Source: a bacterium
Lineage (GTDB): Bacteria; Eisenbacteria; RBG-16-71-46
DNA: 50,500 nt
Assembly (NCBI GenBank): GCA_043779265.1
Contig: JAYWEM010000002.1
Location: 1-50,500 of the forward strand
Direction: 5' to 3'
The position numbers and the translations under genes are program-made. Numbering within the stretch: position 1 is the stretch's first letter; the number at the start of each line of letters is the position of its first letter. Shown here piece after piece: positions 19,300-29,098 of this stretch. Below the pieces are notes generated by a model. It made no database searches. It had not been told where the DNA came from and worked only from the letters and a program-made list of their open reading frames with translations.

Positions 19300-20874
19300 G
19301 TGAACATGCCCTGGCTTTCCTTCCTCGTCTTCTTCCCGCTCGCGGCGGCGCTGCTGCTGCTGTTGATGCCGCGTGGCTCCGAGCGCGCGGTCCGGCTGTG
19401 GGCGACCGGCGCGGCCCTCGCCGAATTCGTCTTCTCGATCCCTCTCTGGTGGCGCGTCCAGCCCGGCGAGCCCGGCTACCAATTCGTCGAGCAGATCAGC
19501 TGGATCCCCGCGATCGGGGCGCAGTACCACCTGGGCGTGGACGGGATCTCGGCCCTCTTGGCGCTGCTGACCACGCTGACCACGGTGATCGCCCTGCTCG
19601 CCTCCTGGACGTCGGTCGACAAGCGAAGCAAGGAGTTCTTCGCGCTCCTCCTCGCACTCGAAGCAGGCATGCTGGGAACATTCTTCGCCCTCGACCTGCT
19701 GCTGTTCTATGTGTTCTGGGAGGCGATGCTGATCCCGATGTACCTGCTGATCGGCGTCTGGGGCGGTCAGCGCCGCATCTACGCGGCGGTCAAATTCTTC
19801 CTGTTCACGATGGCGGGCAGCGTGCTGATGCTGGTGGCGCTGCTGGCGCTGTTCTTCCTGCATCGGGAGGCGACGGGGATCGCCTCGTTCGACCTGAACA
19901 CGTTGCTGATGCTGCCGCTCGAGCCGGCGAAGCAATGGTGGATGTTCCTGGCGTTCGCGTTCGCGTTCGCGATCAAGGTACCGATGTTCCCGTTCCACAC
20001 CTGGCTGCCCGATGCGCACGTCGAGGCTCCCACGGCGGGATCGGTGATCCTGGCCGCAGTGCTGCTCAAGATGGGCACCTACGGGTTCCTCCGCTTCGCG
20101 ATGCCCTTGTTCCCGAACGCGCTCGTTGTGGCCACGCCGTGGATCGCCGGGCTCGCCATCGTCGGCATCATCTACGGTGCGCTGGTGGCACTCGTGCAGC
20201 CCGACATGAAGAAACTCGTCGCCTACTCCTCGGTCAGTCACATGGGCGTCTGCATGCTCGGGCTCATGGCGATGAATTCGCAGGGGCTGGCGGGTTCGAT
20301 GATGACGATGCTCAGTCATGGCGTTTCGACCGGTGCGCTCTTCCTCTTGGTGGGCATGATCTACGAGCGTCGGCACACGCGGCGGATCGCCGATTTCGGT
20401 GGCCTGTGGAAGGTCATCCCGGTCTTCTCGGTCACGCTGCTGATCGTGACGCTCTCGTCGATCGGGCTTCCCGGCACGAACGGCTTCGTCGGCGAGTTCC
20501 TCGTCTTGCTCGGAGCCTTCCGGCACAACGTCTGGTGGGCCGTGTTCGCCGCGACCGGGGTCGTGCTCTCCGCCTGCTACATGCTGTGGATGTATCAGCG
20601 CGTCGTGTTCGGCGAGACCACGCATGAGGAGAACAGGACGCTTCGCGACCTGAGTCTGCGCGAGCGCATCGTGATGGCTCCGCTGCTGTTCCTGATCTTC
20701 TGGATGGGTGTGGCGCCGCAGCCGTTCCTCGACCGCATGCAGCCCGCGCTCGAGCGCACGATCGGCATCGCCCGTGAACGCGCAGTCCGAAGCGCGTCGC
20801 TCGAAGGCACGTCCGCTCCGCTGGCGGACCGCGTCTCCTCGCCGGTCCCGATCACGAAGGAGGTCGGACGATGA
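19300..20874 (+). CDS. nuoM: NADH-quinone oxidoreductase subunit M
   Basis: FWEAMLIPMY, KVPMFPFHTWLPDAHVEAPT, AYSSVSHMG, GLPGTNGFVGEF. Confidence 0.98.
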   Translation: MNMPWLSFLVFFPLAAALLLLLMPRGSERAVRLWATGAALAEFVFSIPLWWRVQPGEPGYQFVEQISWIPAIGAQYHLGVDGISALLALLTTLTTVIALLASWTSVDKRSKEFFALLLALEAGMLGTFFALDLLLFYVFWEAMLIPMYLLIGVWGGQRRIYAAVKFFLFTMAGSVLMLVALLALFFLHREATGIASFDLNTLLMLPLEPAKQWWMFLAFAFAFAIKVPMFPFHTWLPDAHVEAPTAGSVILAAVLLKMGTYGFLRFAMPLFPNALVVATPWIAGLAIVGIIYGALVALVQPDMKKLVAYSSVSHMGVCMLGLMAMNSQGLAGSMMTMLSHGVSTGALFLLVGMIYERRHTRRIADFGGLWKVIPVFSVTLLIVTLSSIGLPGTNGFVGEFLVLLGAFRHNVWWAVFAATGVVLSACYMLWMYQRVVFGETTHEENRTLRDLSLRERIVMAPLLFLIFWMGVAPQPFLDRMQPALERTIGIARERAVRSASLEGTSAPLADRVSSPVPITKEVGR

Positions 20875-22337
20875 ACCTCGTTCCCCAGCCGACCTTCCTA
20901 CCCGTCGATTGGTGGGCCCTCGGCGCGGTGCTCGTGCTCACGGCGGGCATCCTGCTGCTCCTGCTGCTGGAGTTCGTTCCGGCTGGCCAGCGCAGTTCGA
21001 GAGGGGCGGTCATCTCGCTGGCGGCCCTCGGCGCCTCGGCCTTCGCGGTCTACCGAGTGGCCGACGACCGACGGTCGCTGTTCGAGGGGATGTTCGTCCA
21101 CGATGGGATGACCGTGTTCTTCACGCTGCTGTTCTGCGCGATCGGCGCCCTCTCCATTCTGATGTCGTGGGACTACGTCAAACGAACGCGCATCAACCAG
21201 GCGGAGTACTACGCGCTGCTGCTGGCGTCGATTCTCGGCATGGTCATCATGGCCGCCTCGAACGACCTCATCACCATCTTCCTGGGACTCGAGTTGATGT
21301 CCCTGTCGCTCTACGTGCTCGTGGGTTTCCGGCGCACCCGGCTCGAGTCCAATGAAGCGGCGCTGAAGTACTTCCTGCTCGGTGCCTTCGCTTCCGGGTT
21401 CCTCCTCTATGGCATCGCGCTGCTCTACGGCGCGACCGGAACCACGGATCTGGTGCGGATGGGGGCGTTCCTCGCCGATTCGCCGGTCCTGTCGAACCCG
21501 CTGCTCCAGATCGGCGGCCTGCTCGTGCTCTCCGGCTTCGCGTTCAAAGTCGCGGCCGTGCCTTTCCACATGTGGACGCCGGATGCCTATGAGGGCGCAC
21601 CCACGTCGGTCACGGGATTCATGTCGGCGGGGGCCAAGGTCGCGGGCTTCGCAGCGCTGCTGCGCTTCGGGCTGAAGGCGATGGGGCCGCTCGAGGACCA
21701 GTGGATGCCGATGCTCAGCGTGATCGCAGCGCTCACGATGACCGTGGGCAATGTCACCGCGCTGCTCCAGCAGAATCTCAAGCGCATGCTCGCCTATTCG
21801 AGCATCGCCCACGCAGGCTACATCCTCGTCGCGGTCGTCGCCGGCGGACCCGAGGGCGCGGGCGCCGCGGTCTTCTACCTCGCCGTCTATTCGTTCATGA
21901 ACATCGGCGCGTTCGCCATCCTGACGATGATGGGGAAGGGGCGCGACGAGCGCGTGCTCGTCTCCGACCTCGCGGGACTCGGCTTCCGGAAGCCATTCCT
22001 CGGCATCGCGATGACCGTGTTCATGATCTCGCTCGGCGGCATCCCGCCGACCGCGGGCTTCATGGGGAAGATCCATGTGTTCGGGGCCGCCATCGACGCG
22101 GGGCACATCCCACTGGTGATCATCGGCGTCCTCAACAGTGTCATCGCCGTGTTCTACTACCTGCGCGTCACGGTCGCGATGTACATGCGCGAGCCCGAGG
22201 GTGAACCCGTCGCCGTGAGTCAGGGCGTCCCGGTCCTCGTCTGCGTGGCGATCTCGCTGGCGGCGACGCTGTGGTTCGGAATCCAGGCGCAGCCGCTCTG
22301 GGTCGAGGCGCAGCGCAGCGTCCTGAGCCTGCTCTAG
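20871..22337 (+). CDS. nuoN: NADH-quinone oxidoreductase subunit N
   Basis: EAALKYFLLG, FKVAAVPFHMWTPDAYEGAP, KRMLAYSSIAHAG. Confidence 0.98.
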   Translation: MNLVPQPTFLPVDWWALGAVLVLTAGILLLLLLEFVPAGQRSSRGAVISLAALGASAFAVYRVADDRRSLFEGMFVHDGMTVFFTLLFCAIGALSILMSWDYVKRTRINQAEYYALLLASILGMVIMAASNDLITIFLGLELMSLSLYVLVGFRRTRLESNEAALKYFLLGAFASGFLLYGIALLYGATGTTDLVRMGAFLADSPVLSNPLLQIGGLLVLSGFAFKVAAVPFHMWTPDAYEGAPTSVTGFMSAGAKVAGFAALLRFGLKAMGPLEDQWMPMLSVIAALTMTVGNVTALLQQNLKRMLAYSSIAHAGYILVAVVAGGPEGAGAAVFYLAVYSFMNIGAFAILTMMGKGRDERVLVSDLAGLGFRKPFLGIAMTVFMISLGGIPPTAGFMGKIHVFGAAIDAGHIPLVIIGVLNSVIAVFYYLRVTVAMYMREPEGEPVAVSQGVPVLVCVAISLAATLWFGIQAQPLWVEAQRSVLSLL

Positions 22338-23593
22338 TCGCCCGCAGCTTCGTCAGGGAGGCGCAGCAGCAGGGCGTCCGCCTGCTCGCCCTCGGACAGC
22401 CCTGCCGCATCGTGCGGCACGATCACGAGAGCGTGGGCGAGAGCCTGGGGCCGCTGGTGGCCCGAGACCTGGGCGCCTGCAAGCGAGGCCCGGAGGACTC
22501 CCTCGCGCCACTCGAGTCGGCAGCGAAGGAAATCCGTGCGTCCGGGCTTCGAGCTGACCGCCTCGACCATCCGCACTGGGACACGGGGTCGGTCGAGTCG
22601 GCGGAATCCCTGGAGGCGTTGGAGCGCAGGTCGCACGAGGGCCTCGAAGACACAGGCGACCGATGCGGGATTGCCCGGGAGTCCGAAGAACAGTCGGCCT
22701 GGCGACGGCACGCCGAACGCCTGCGGGCGTCCGGGCCGCATGGCCACACTCCAGAGCGAGATCCCGGGGTGGCTCAGGGCCACCTGCTGCACCGGGTCGA
22801 AATCCCCGACGGAGACGCCGCCGATCGTCAGCGTCACGTCCGCGAGCGCCATGGCCTCCTCGATCCGCGCGAGCACGCGCTCGGGATCGTCGGGGAGTCG
22901 CTCGGCGATCGTGACCTCGGCGCCCGCGTCTCGGCAGAGAGCCGAGAGCATGCCGAGATTGCTGTCGCGCACGGCGCCCGGGCGAAGCTCGGCTTCGACG
23001 CTGAGCAGCTCGTCTCCCGTCGAGAGCAGCGCGACGCGAGGTGAAGGCCCCACTCGGAGGAGCGCCTGGCCGAGTGCGCCCAGCAGGCCGATGGAGTGAG
23101 GGGTGAGACGATCGCCCTCGGCCATCACGGTGTCGCCGGCGCCGACATCCGCACCCGCTTCGCGGATGTGAGCGCCGGGTCGCACAGCTCGAAGGAGGGT
23201 GACCCGTTCGAGCGGCCCGGGAGCGGACCTCGTGACCTCCTCGAAGGGGACGATGCCATCGGCGCCGTCCGGGAGCATCGCGCCGGTCATGATGCGAGCG
23301 GCCGTTCCGATCGCGAGCGGTCCCTCGGGCGCGTGACCTGCGGCGAGCACCTGCGAGACCGAGAGGGCGAGCGGATCGGACTCACTCGCGGAGAGCGTGT
23401 CGGCGGTTCGAACGGCGAATCCATCCATCGCCGAGTTCCGGAACGAGGGAAGGGCATGTGGAGCCACGATCCGCCGCCTCAGCGCTCGTCCGAGCGACTG
23501 GATCAGCGGAAGCTCGATCGCAGGAAGCGCGGAGGTATTCGCGAGCACTTCGGAACGCGCCTGCCCGTAGCTTCGCTCGAGCCGAGAGCTCAT
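22334..23593 (-). CDS. moeA: Molybdopterin molybdotransferase
   Basis: SAMDGFA, IMTGA, STGDEL, GGVSVG, LPGNP; convergent 4-nt overlap with the nuoN stop. Confidence 0.95.
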   Translation of the reverse strand: MSSRLERSYGQARSEVLANTSALPAIELPLIQSLGRALRRRIVAPHALPSFRNSAMDGFAVRTADTLSASESDPLALSVSQVLAAGHAPEGPLAIGTAARIMTGAMLPDGADGIVPFEEVTRSAPGPLERVTLLRAVRPGAHIREAGADVGAGDTVMAEGDRLTPHSIGLLGALGQALLRVGPSPRVALLSTGDELLSVEAELRPGAVRDSNLGMLSALCRDAGAEVTIAERLPDDPERVLARIEEAMALADVTLTIGGVSVGDFDPVQQVALSHPGISLWSVAMRPGRPQAFGVPSPGRLFFGLPGNPASVACVFEALVRPALQRLQGFRRLDRPRVPVRMVEAVSSKPGRTDFLRCRLEWREGVLRASLAGAQVSGHQRPQALAHALVIVPHDAAGLSEGEQADALLLRLPDEAAGD

Positions 23594-24072
23594 CGCTTGC
23601 TACGGCTCCACGTCCCGCTTCGGCCGCCTCGCTTCTCCCACAGCGCGATCTCCCCGATCACCATGCCGCGGTCCGCGGCTTTGAGCATGTCGTAGAGCGT
23701 GAGCGCTGCAGCGGCGACGGCGGTCAGGGCCTCCATCTCGACTCCCGTCCGTCCGGTCGTTCGAACCCTCGATTCGATCGCGACCGCAGCAGGGCGGCCG
23801 ATGAAGCGGAAGGTGAGCGAGACCTGGTCGAGGAGCAGCGGATGGGCGAGCGGGATCCACTCGCTCGTGCGCTTGGCGGCCTGGACCCCGGCGATGTGGG
23901 CGGTCGTGATGACGTCGCCCTTGGCCGCCTTACCCGAGCGGAGCAGCCTCAGGGTCGCGGGAGCCATGCGGACCCGGCCCCGGGCCACGGCCTCTCGCAC
24001 GGTGGCGGGCTTCTCGGAGACGTCGACCATGCGGACTCGGCCTCGTCCATCCAAGTGGGAGAGTGGGCTCAT
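23590..24072 (-). CDS. moaC: Cyclic pyranopterin monophosphate synthase
   Basis: ATG 24072; LSHLD...MVDVSEK, AAKRT, IPLAHP, TGVEMEAL, YDMLKA. Confidence 0.96.
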   Translation of the reverse strand: MSPLSHLDGRGRVRMVDVSEKPATVREAVARGRVRMAPATLRLLRSGKAAKGDVITTAHIAGVQAAKRTSEWIPLAHPLLLDQVSLTFRFIGRPAAVAIESRVRTTGRTGVEMEALTAVAAAALTLYDMLKAADRGMVIGEIALWEKRGGRSGTWSRSKR

Positions 24073-24078
24073 GGCGAT

Positions 24079-24107
24079 ACCATCGCCCGCCCCTGCGGTG
24101 CGGTCAA
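24079..24107 (-). promoter_or_regulatory. Putative leaderless promoter of moaC
   Basis: TTGACC, 17 bp, GATGGT, 6 nt, ATG; no SD. Confidence 0.5.
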
Positions 24108-24122
24108 CGCTCGCGGGGGCCG

Positions 24123-24152
24123 TTGACACTCGGACTGGCGCGCCCCTAGTGT
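24123..24152 (+). promoter_or_regulatory. Putative sigma-70 promoter divergent from moaC
   Basis: TTGACA (24123-24128), 18 bp, TAGTGT (24147-24152). Confidence 0.5.
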
Positions 24153-24186
24153 CCCCGGCCGCGCGCCGCGATCGGCTCGCCCACCC

Positions 24187-25032
24187 ATGCCCACGCACCG
24201 ACGCCTCCCACTCTCGACACGGCACGCGTTCGCGCTTGCCTTCGACCTCGCGGTTCGCCGCGATGCGCTGCAGTCCCTGGTCGTCCCGCTGCTGCTGCGG
24301 ACGCCGTGGATTCTCGCGGCCGCGTTCCTTCCCAACGCCGAGGATGTCTCCCAGGGGGCGGTGTTGGTGGCCCAGTGGACGGCGCTCGTGTTGTTCGGAG
24401 ATGCCATGACGTCGTTGCTCGTCGCGGGCATGTTGCGCTTCCGCGCTCGCTCGGTCTTCAACACACCGGCGACCCAGCGTCCGAATTCCGTCCGCTCGGC
24501 CTATGGACTCTCGCTGGTGCGCCTGCCGTGGTTGTTCGTCACGGAGTTCGCACGGAATCTGGCGTTCGTCATCGCGAATCTCATGCTCGTGCTACCTGGC
24601 GTGTACCTGGGGTTCAAGCTCTCGCTCGCCACGGAGATCATCGTCCTGCGGCGGGTGTCGATGAGTGAGGCGTTCGCGCGCTCCTTCCGGTTGACGGAGG
24701 GCCGCTTCGAGCGTTGGCTCGAGTGCATCGCACTCTCGGTCGTGATCGTGCTCGCGGCATGTTTCGTCCCGGTGGCCCTCTTCCTCACGATCCCCGCGCT
24801 CACGTGGTCGCAGGCGCTCGCCATCGGGCTGCTGCTCGTCGCCGCGGTCACGCCGGTGATCCAGTACGCGTGGACGTTCTTCTATCTACGCCTCGAGGAG
24901 GTCGAGCCGACCTTCTCGCCCTCGTCAGGCATGCCAGCCGATCTCGCTGCGGCCGAGCGACGCATGCCGGTTCCCAAGCACGAGCGCGAGCACGAGCACG
25001 ATGCCCCGGCTGGCCCCGTCTCCCGCACCTGA
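24187..25032 (+). CDS. Integral membrane protein of unknown function (about 5-6 TM segments)
   Basis: Hydrophobic helices, AFARSFRLTEG motif, C-terminal FFYLRL followed by a disordered tail containing HEREHEH. Confidence 0.75.
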   Translation: MPTHRRLPLSTRHAFALAFDLAVRRDALQSLVVPLLLRTPWILAAAFLPNAEDVSQGAVLVAQWTALVLFGDAMTSLLVAGMLRFRARSVFNTPATQRPNSVRSAYGLSLVRLPWLFVTEFARNLAFVIANLMLVLPGVYLGFKLSLATEIIVLRRVSMSEAFARSFRLTEGRFERWLECIALSVVIVLAACFVPVALFLTIPALTWSQALAIGLLLVAAVTPVIQYAWTFFYLRLEEVEPTFSPSSGMPADLAAAERRMPVPKHEREHEHDAPAGPVSRT

Positions 25033-25119
25033 GGCCGGGTTGTGGCGCGAAGTCTGGCGTTATGCCAGTCTCGCCGAGCCGGGTTGAGCGAGAGCCGCAG
25101 GACCCCGCACCACCCCGAC

Positions 25120-26202
25120 ATGTCCTCCCGTACCCGTCGCGATACGAGACCTCCCGAGGTGCGCACGCCCCTCGAATTGAGCCCGATCCTCGGGGCGAGT
25201 GCCCGCATGCAGCGGTTGCTGCGGCTGGTCTCCCGGATCGCGCCTACGGACAGCGCCGTGCTCATCCTGGGTGAGAGTGGCACCGGCAAGGAACTCGTCG
25301 CGCGATCCCTGCACGTGCTCTCGCGTAGATCCGGAGGGGCGTTCGTCCCGGTGAATGTCGCCGCCCTCCCGGCCTCGCTCATCGAGAGTGAGCTGTTCGG
25401 GTCGGCCCGTGGTGCCTTCACCGGTGCGACCGAGGCGCGCGGTGGGCTGGTCGAGGAGGCGGACGGCGGAACGCTCTTCCTCGATGAGATCGGCGACATG
25501 CCGCTGGCGCTCCAGGTGAAGCTGCTGCGCGTTCTCGAGGATCAGGAGGTCCGCCGCGTCGGCGAATCGAGCGCCCGTCGTGTGGATGTGAGGGTGCTGG
25601 CTGCGACACATCGCGATCTCCAGGCGATGGTGGCGCAGGGCACGTTCCGGGAGGATCTCTACTATCGCCTCCATGTGATCGAGCTCGAGGTCCCGCCGCT
25701 GCGCGAACGTCGTGAGGACATCGGATTGCTCGCCTCGTACTTCCTCGAGCGTGCGACCCGGCGACTCGGGAGGTCCGCGCTGAGGTTCTCGCCCGAGACG
25801 ATGGCATTGCTCGAGCGCTACGACTATCCCGGCAACGTGCGCGAGTTGGAGAACGCGATGGAGCACGTGGCCGCTCTGGCGGAGCGCGAGATCATCACGC
25901 CCCACGACCTGCCCGGTTCGATCCGGTCGCCACGACTTCTGACACGAGCGGCCGACGGATCCGTGCCGGCTGCCCCCACCCTGGTGCCCGCGTCGGCAGC
26001 CGTGACCCGCGCGCTCTCCGAAGCGCAGGCTCGTCGTGACGAACGCTCGCTCGATCAGGTGACGCGTGACCACGTGCTGCGGGTGCTCGAGCGCCATCAT
26101 CAGAACGCTGCCGCCGCCTCGCGACAGCTCGGGATCTCGAGGACGACCCTGTGGCGGATGCTCAAGCGTTGGGGGGTTCCGCGACCGGGTGGCCGAGCGT
26201 GA
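25120..26202 (+). CDS. Sigma-54-dependent activator (AAA+ and Fis-type HTH) with no N-terminal sensory domain
   Basis: [53 protein letters not shown]; start uncertain (GTG 25042 or ATG 25120). Confidence 0.93.
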   Translation: MSSRTRRDTRPPEVRTPLELSPILGASARMQRLLRLVSRIAPTDSAVLILGESGTGKELVARSLHVLSRRSGGAFVPVNVAALPASLIESELFGSARGAFTGATEARGGLVEEADGGTLFLDEIGDMPLALQVKLLRVLEDQEVRRVGESSARRVDVRVLAATHRDLQAMVAQGTFREDLYYRLHVIELEVPPLRERREDIGLLASYFLERATRRLGRSALRFSPETMALLERYDYPGNVRELENAMEHVAALAEREIITPHDLPGSIRSPRLLTRAADGSVPAAPTLVPASAAVTRALSEAQARRDERSLDQVTRDHVLRVLERHHQNAAAASRQLGISRTTLWRMLKRWGVPRPGGRA

Positions 26203-27386
26203 GCGAGGCGACACCGCGGCGCGAGCAGGAAGACGCGTATCGAGCCGAGTTCGAGGCGACGGCGATCCGCAGCGAAGAGCGCGACGGCAAGCCCTGGGTG
26301 CTGCTCGCTGAGTCCTGGTTCTACCCTGAGAGCGGAGGACAACTCGCCGATCGCGGCTCCATCGGGGCTGCGAGGGTCGATGACGTCCAACAGGATGCGC
26401 ACGGCCGCGTCTGGCACCGCACCGACCGGGATCCGGGCACCGGAGGGTGTTCGGCGCGCATCGATTGGTCGCGACGATTCGACCACATGCAGCAGCACAC
26501 GGGGCAACATGTGCTCTCGGCCGCGTTCGAGCGCGAGGCGAAGGCTCCGACGCTCTCCAGCACCCTGGGCGCCGAGCGCTCGGTCATCGAGGTCGGACTC
26601 GCCGAGGCGGATTGGCGACTCGTGGAGCGCATCGAGCGAGCAGCGAATCAAGTGGTCTGGGAGGACCGCGTCCTCGAGCAGCACTGGACCGATCGCGAGC
26701 ACGTCGGGCGCTTCGCGCTGAGGAAGCCGCCGCAGATCGATGGCCGCATCCGGATCATCGAGATCCCCGACTGGGATCTCTCGGCGTGCGGCGGGACGCA
26801 TACGCGGCGAACGGGGGAGGTCGGTGCGATCAAGGTGGTCGGATGGGAGCGTGTCCGGGGCAATCTGCGATTCTCGTTCCAGTGTGGCCGGCGTGCGCTC
26901 GAGGACCACGCTTGGAGGACCGAGGCGATGATCGAATCGGCGCGGCGGCGGACCCTTCGCGACCGCGAGTTGATCGCCCATCTGGAGCGCGCTTGCGAGG
27001 AACGTGATCTCCTTCGCAAGCGCCTGACCGAACTCGAGCGCCTGGCGATGGCGCAGGAGGCGCGCCGCCTCGTGGGCGATGCCGCGCTCGGTGTGGCCGT
27101 GCTCGCCGAGGAACGGTCGCGCGACGATGCGCGCCAGTTCGCGCTGCTGGCGCTCGAGGCCGGGGCCCCCTGGGTGGTCTCGGGGACGCTCGCACCCGAG
27201 CCCTCGCTGGTCGTGGTCGCTGCGCCCAAGCCGGGGTCGGATCTGCGTTCGATGCTCCCGGAATTGCTCGCCCGTGCACGCGGCAAGGGCGGCGGCAGTC
27301 CCGTCCTCCTCACGATCGCCCCGGCCGATGCGGAGGCCGCGCGCGAGGCGCACGCACTCGCCGTGCAGCGACTCACGGCAGTCTGA
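26199..27386 (+). CDS. Free-standing alanyl-tRNA editing protein (AlaX-L type, with C-terminal DHHA1-like domain)
   Basis: [25 protein letters not shown] zinc ligands, GKGGGS; GTGA overlap with the upstream activator. Confidence 0.9.
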   Translation: MSEATPRREQEDAYRAEFEATAIRSEERDGKPWVLLAESWFYPESGGQLADRGSIGAARVDDVQQDAHGRVWHRTDRDPGTGGCSARIDWSRRFDHMQQHTGQHVLSAAFEREAKAPTLSSTLGAERSVIEVGLAEADWRLVERIERAANQVVWEDRVLEQHWTDREHVGRFALRKPPQIDGRIRIIEIPDWDLSACGGTHTRRTGEVGAIKVVGWERVRGNLRFSFQCGRRALEDHAWRTEAMIESARRRTLRDRELIAHLERACEERDLLRKRLTELERLAMAQEARRLVGDAALGVAVLAEERSRDDARQFALLALEAGAPWVVSGTLAPEPSLVVVAAPKPGSDLRSMLPELLARARGKGGGSPVLLTIAPADAEAAREAHALAVQRLTAV

Positions 27387-27401
27387 GGCGGGGAATCGAA
27401 T

Positions 27402-27427
27402 CGGCGTCCCCCTGTAGGGGGACGCCG
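27402..27427. terminator. Hairpin between convergent genes (probable bidirectional terminator)
   Basis: CGGCGTCCCCC-TGTA-GGGGGACGCCG, a perfect 11-bp stem. Confidence 0.75.
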
Positions 27428-27462
27428 TCGGCTCGTCTCGAGAGGCCGCTTGCGCGGCCCGG

Positions 27463-28947
27463 CTACTTCTTGTGGGCGGGTGCCTTCGGGCGTGCGGCCG
27501 CCTTGGGCTTCGTACGAGGCACCGCCGCCGCGATCGTGGCGGTCTTGGGCTTGGCCGCAGCCACCGGCTTGTTGGGGACCGCGCGGGAGGGCGTCGCCTT
27601 CGACAGCGTGCTCTTCGCCAACGCGCTCTTCACGCCCGACTGCCGCGCCGACGTCAGCTTCGAACCGGAGGAGCGACCCGAGCCTGGCCGCACGGATGAG
27701 ACGCGCGACGTGCTGTTGCTGCCCGGCATGCGGCCCGCCAGATAGGGATTTCGGCTCGCAGCCGTGCGCTTGGCTCGGATGTGCTCATCGTCGTAGATCG
27801 GGGCCTGAGGCACGTCCTGGGGCTTGCGCTCGTACTTGAAGTCGGGGAGGCGCACACGCGGGATCGCCCGGCCGATGAAGCGCTCGATGCCAGCGAGGTG
27901 GCGCTGCTCCTCGGGGGCCATCAGCGTGAATGCGTCGCCTTGGGCGTCCGGACGGCCGGTGCGCATGATGCGCTGCTGGTAGTCCTCGGGCGAGGGCGGG
28001 ACATCGAAGTTCACGACATGCACGACACCGCCGAGGTCGAGGCCCCGAGCCGACTGATCGGTGGTCACGACGATCTGCATCCGGCCACGCCGCAGGTCGT
28101 CCATCGCGCGCTCGCGCTCGGTCTGGTTCTTGCGCTCGTGCAGTGTGGTGACGGCGTAGCCACGGCGCTCCAACTGGCGCGCGAGCCGGTCGGCCCCTTC
28201 GCGCTGGCGAGCGAACACGATCGTGCTGCGGACCTCGCCCGAACTCGAGAGCAGGCGGTCGAGCAGGTCGATCTTGAGGTGCATGTGCACCGGATAGATG
28301 GCGTGTGTGATTCCCGCTGCAGGCTGAGGCGACGTCAGATCGACGCGCACCGGTTCGATCAGCGCTTCCTTGCCGAGGCGATTCAACTCGGCGGGCATGG
28401 TGGCCGAGAAGAGCAGCGTCTGACGCGTCTCGGGGAGCAGCTTGAGGAGCTTGCGGATGTCCGGGGCCTGGCCCATGTCGACCATGCGGTCGGCATCGTC
28501 AAGCACGAAGATCTCGAGGTCCTCGAGCTCGATCGCGCGCCGTGCCTCCAACTCGAGAAGCCGATCCACGGTGCAGATGAGCACATCGACACCGGGTTCC
28601 CGCAGGATCCGCTCCTGCGCAGCCAGGGGTGCCCCCGTGTGGGCGACCGCGATCCGGAGTTCCGTGTGGCGTGCGAACTCGCGCGCCTGCTCCTCGACCT
28701 GGGTCACATGCTGCGGGGTGGGCTCGAGGATGATCGCGCGTAGCTTGGGGGTGCCGTCCATCAGTCGCGAGAAAGCCGGGAGGAGGAACGCGCCGGTCTT
28801 GCCGCTGCCACTCGGCGCATTGCCGATGAGGTCGTTCCCCTGGAGGATGACCGGGATGGCTTTGGTCTGGATCGCGGTTGGGTCGGTCAGGCCGATGGCT
28901 TTCAGCGCCTGGAGTATTGGCGCAGGCAGGCCCAGGGTGGTGAACAT
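27463..28947 (-). CDS. DEAD-box RNA helicase homolog (RhlE-like) with degenerate motifs and a basic low-complexity tail
   Basis: ATG 28947 after GAGGAG; PTAIQ, GSGKT, LDDADRM, FSAT, ARGLD, QRIMRTGR. Confidence 0.9.
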   Translation of the reverse strand: MFTTLGLPAPILQALKAIGLTDPTAIQTKAIPVILQGNDLIGNAPSGSGKTGAFLLPAFSRLMDGTPKLRAIILEPTPQHVTQVEEQAREFARHTELRIAVAHTGAPLAAQERILREPGVDVLICTVDRLLELEARRAIELEDLEIFVLDDADRMVDMGQAPDIRKLLKLLPETRQTLLFSATMPAELNRLGKEALIEPVRVDLTSPQPAAGITHAIYPVHMHLKIDLLDRLLSSSGEVRSTIVFARQREGADRLARQLERRGYAVTTLHERKNQTERERAMDDLRRGRMQIVVTTDQSARGLDLGGVVHVVNFDVPPSPEDYQQRIMRTGRPDAQGDAFTLMAPEEQRHLAGIERFIGRAIPRVRLPDFKYERKPQDVPQAPIYDDEHIRAKRTAASRNPYLAGRMPGSNSTSRVSSVRPGSGRSSGSKLTSARQSGVKSALAKSTLSKATPSRAVPNKPVAAAKPKTATIAAAVPRTKPKAAARPKAPAHKK

Positions 28948-29022
28948 CTGTCGGGAGTCTCCTCGGGTCCATGGCACGCGCGCGCGGCGCGCGGCGGTCC
29001 CCGTAGTGAATGGGAACACCGC

Positions 29023-29052
29023 ACGTTACGGGGCCGAGGGGGGGCGGTTCAA
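29023..29052 (-). promoter_or_regulatory. Putative promoter of the helicase-like gene
   Basis: TTGAAC, 18 bp, TAACGT on the minus strand. Confidence 0.45.
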
Positions 29053-29098
29053 TGACGAAACGCTCCCTGTCGTGAACCTGTCCTCTGTTCCGGAGTCG

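Noticed and set aside
17338..20625. 1095-aa minus-strand ORF and many other long antisense or alternate-frame ORFs (e.g. 11438-12736, 14182-15549, 40368-41894, 42014-43465)
   Set aside because: Shadows of well-conserved genes on the opposite strand; stop codons are scarce in high-GC DNA and the products have no recognisable motifs.
25043..25058. Sigma-54 -24/-12 promoter TGGCGCGAAGTCTGG before the activator
   Set aside because: The -12 position reads GG rather than the near-invariant GC.
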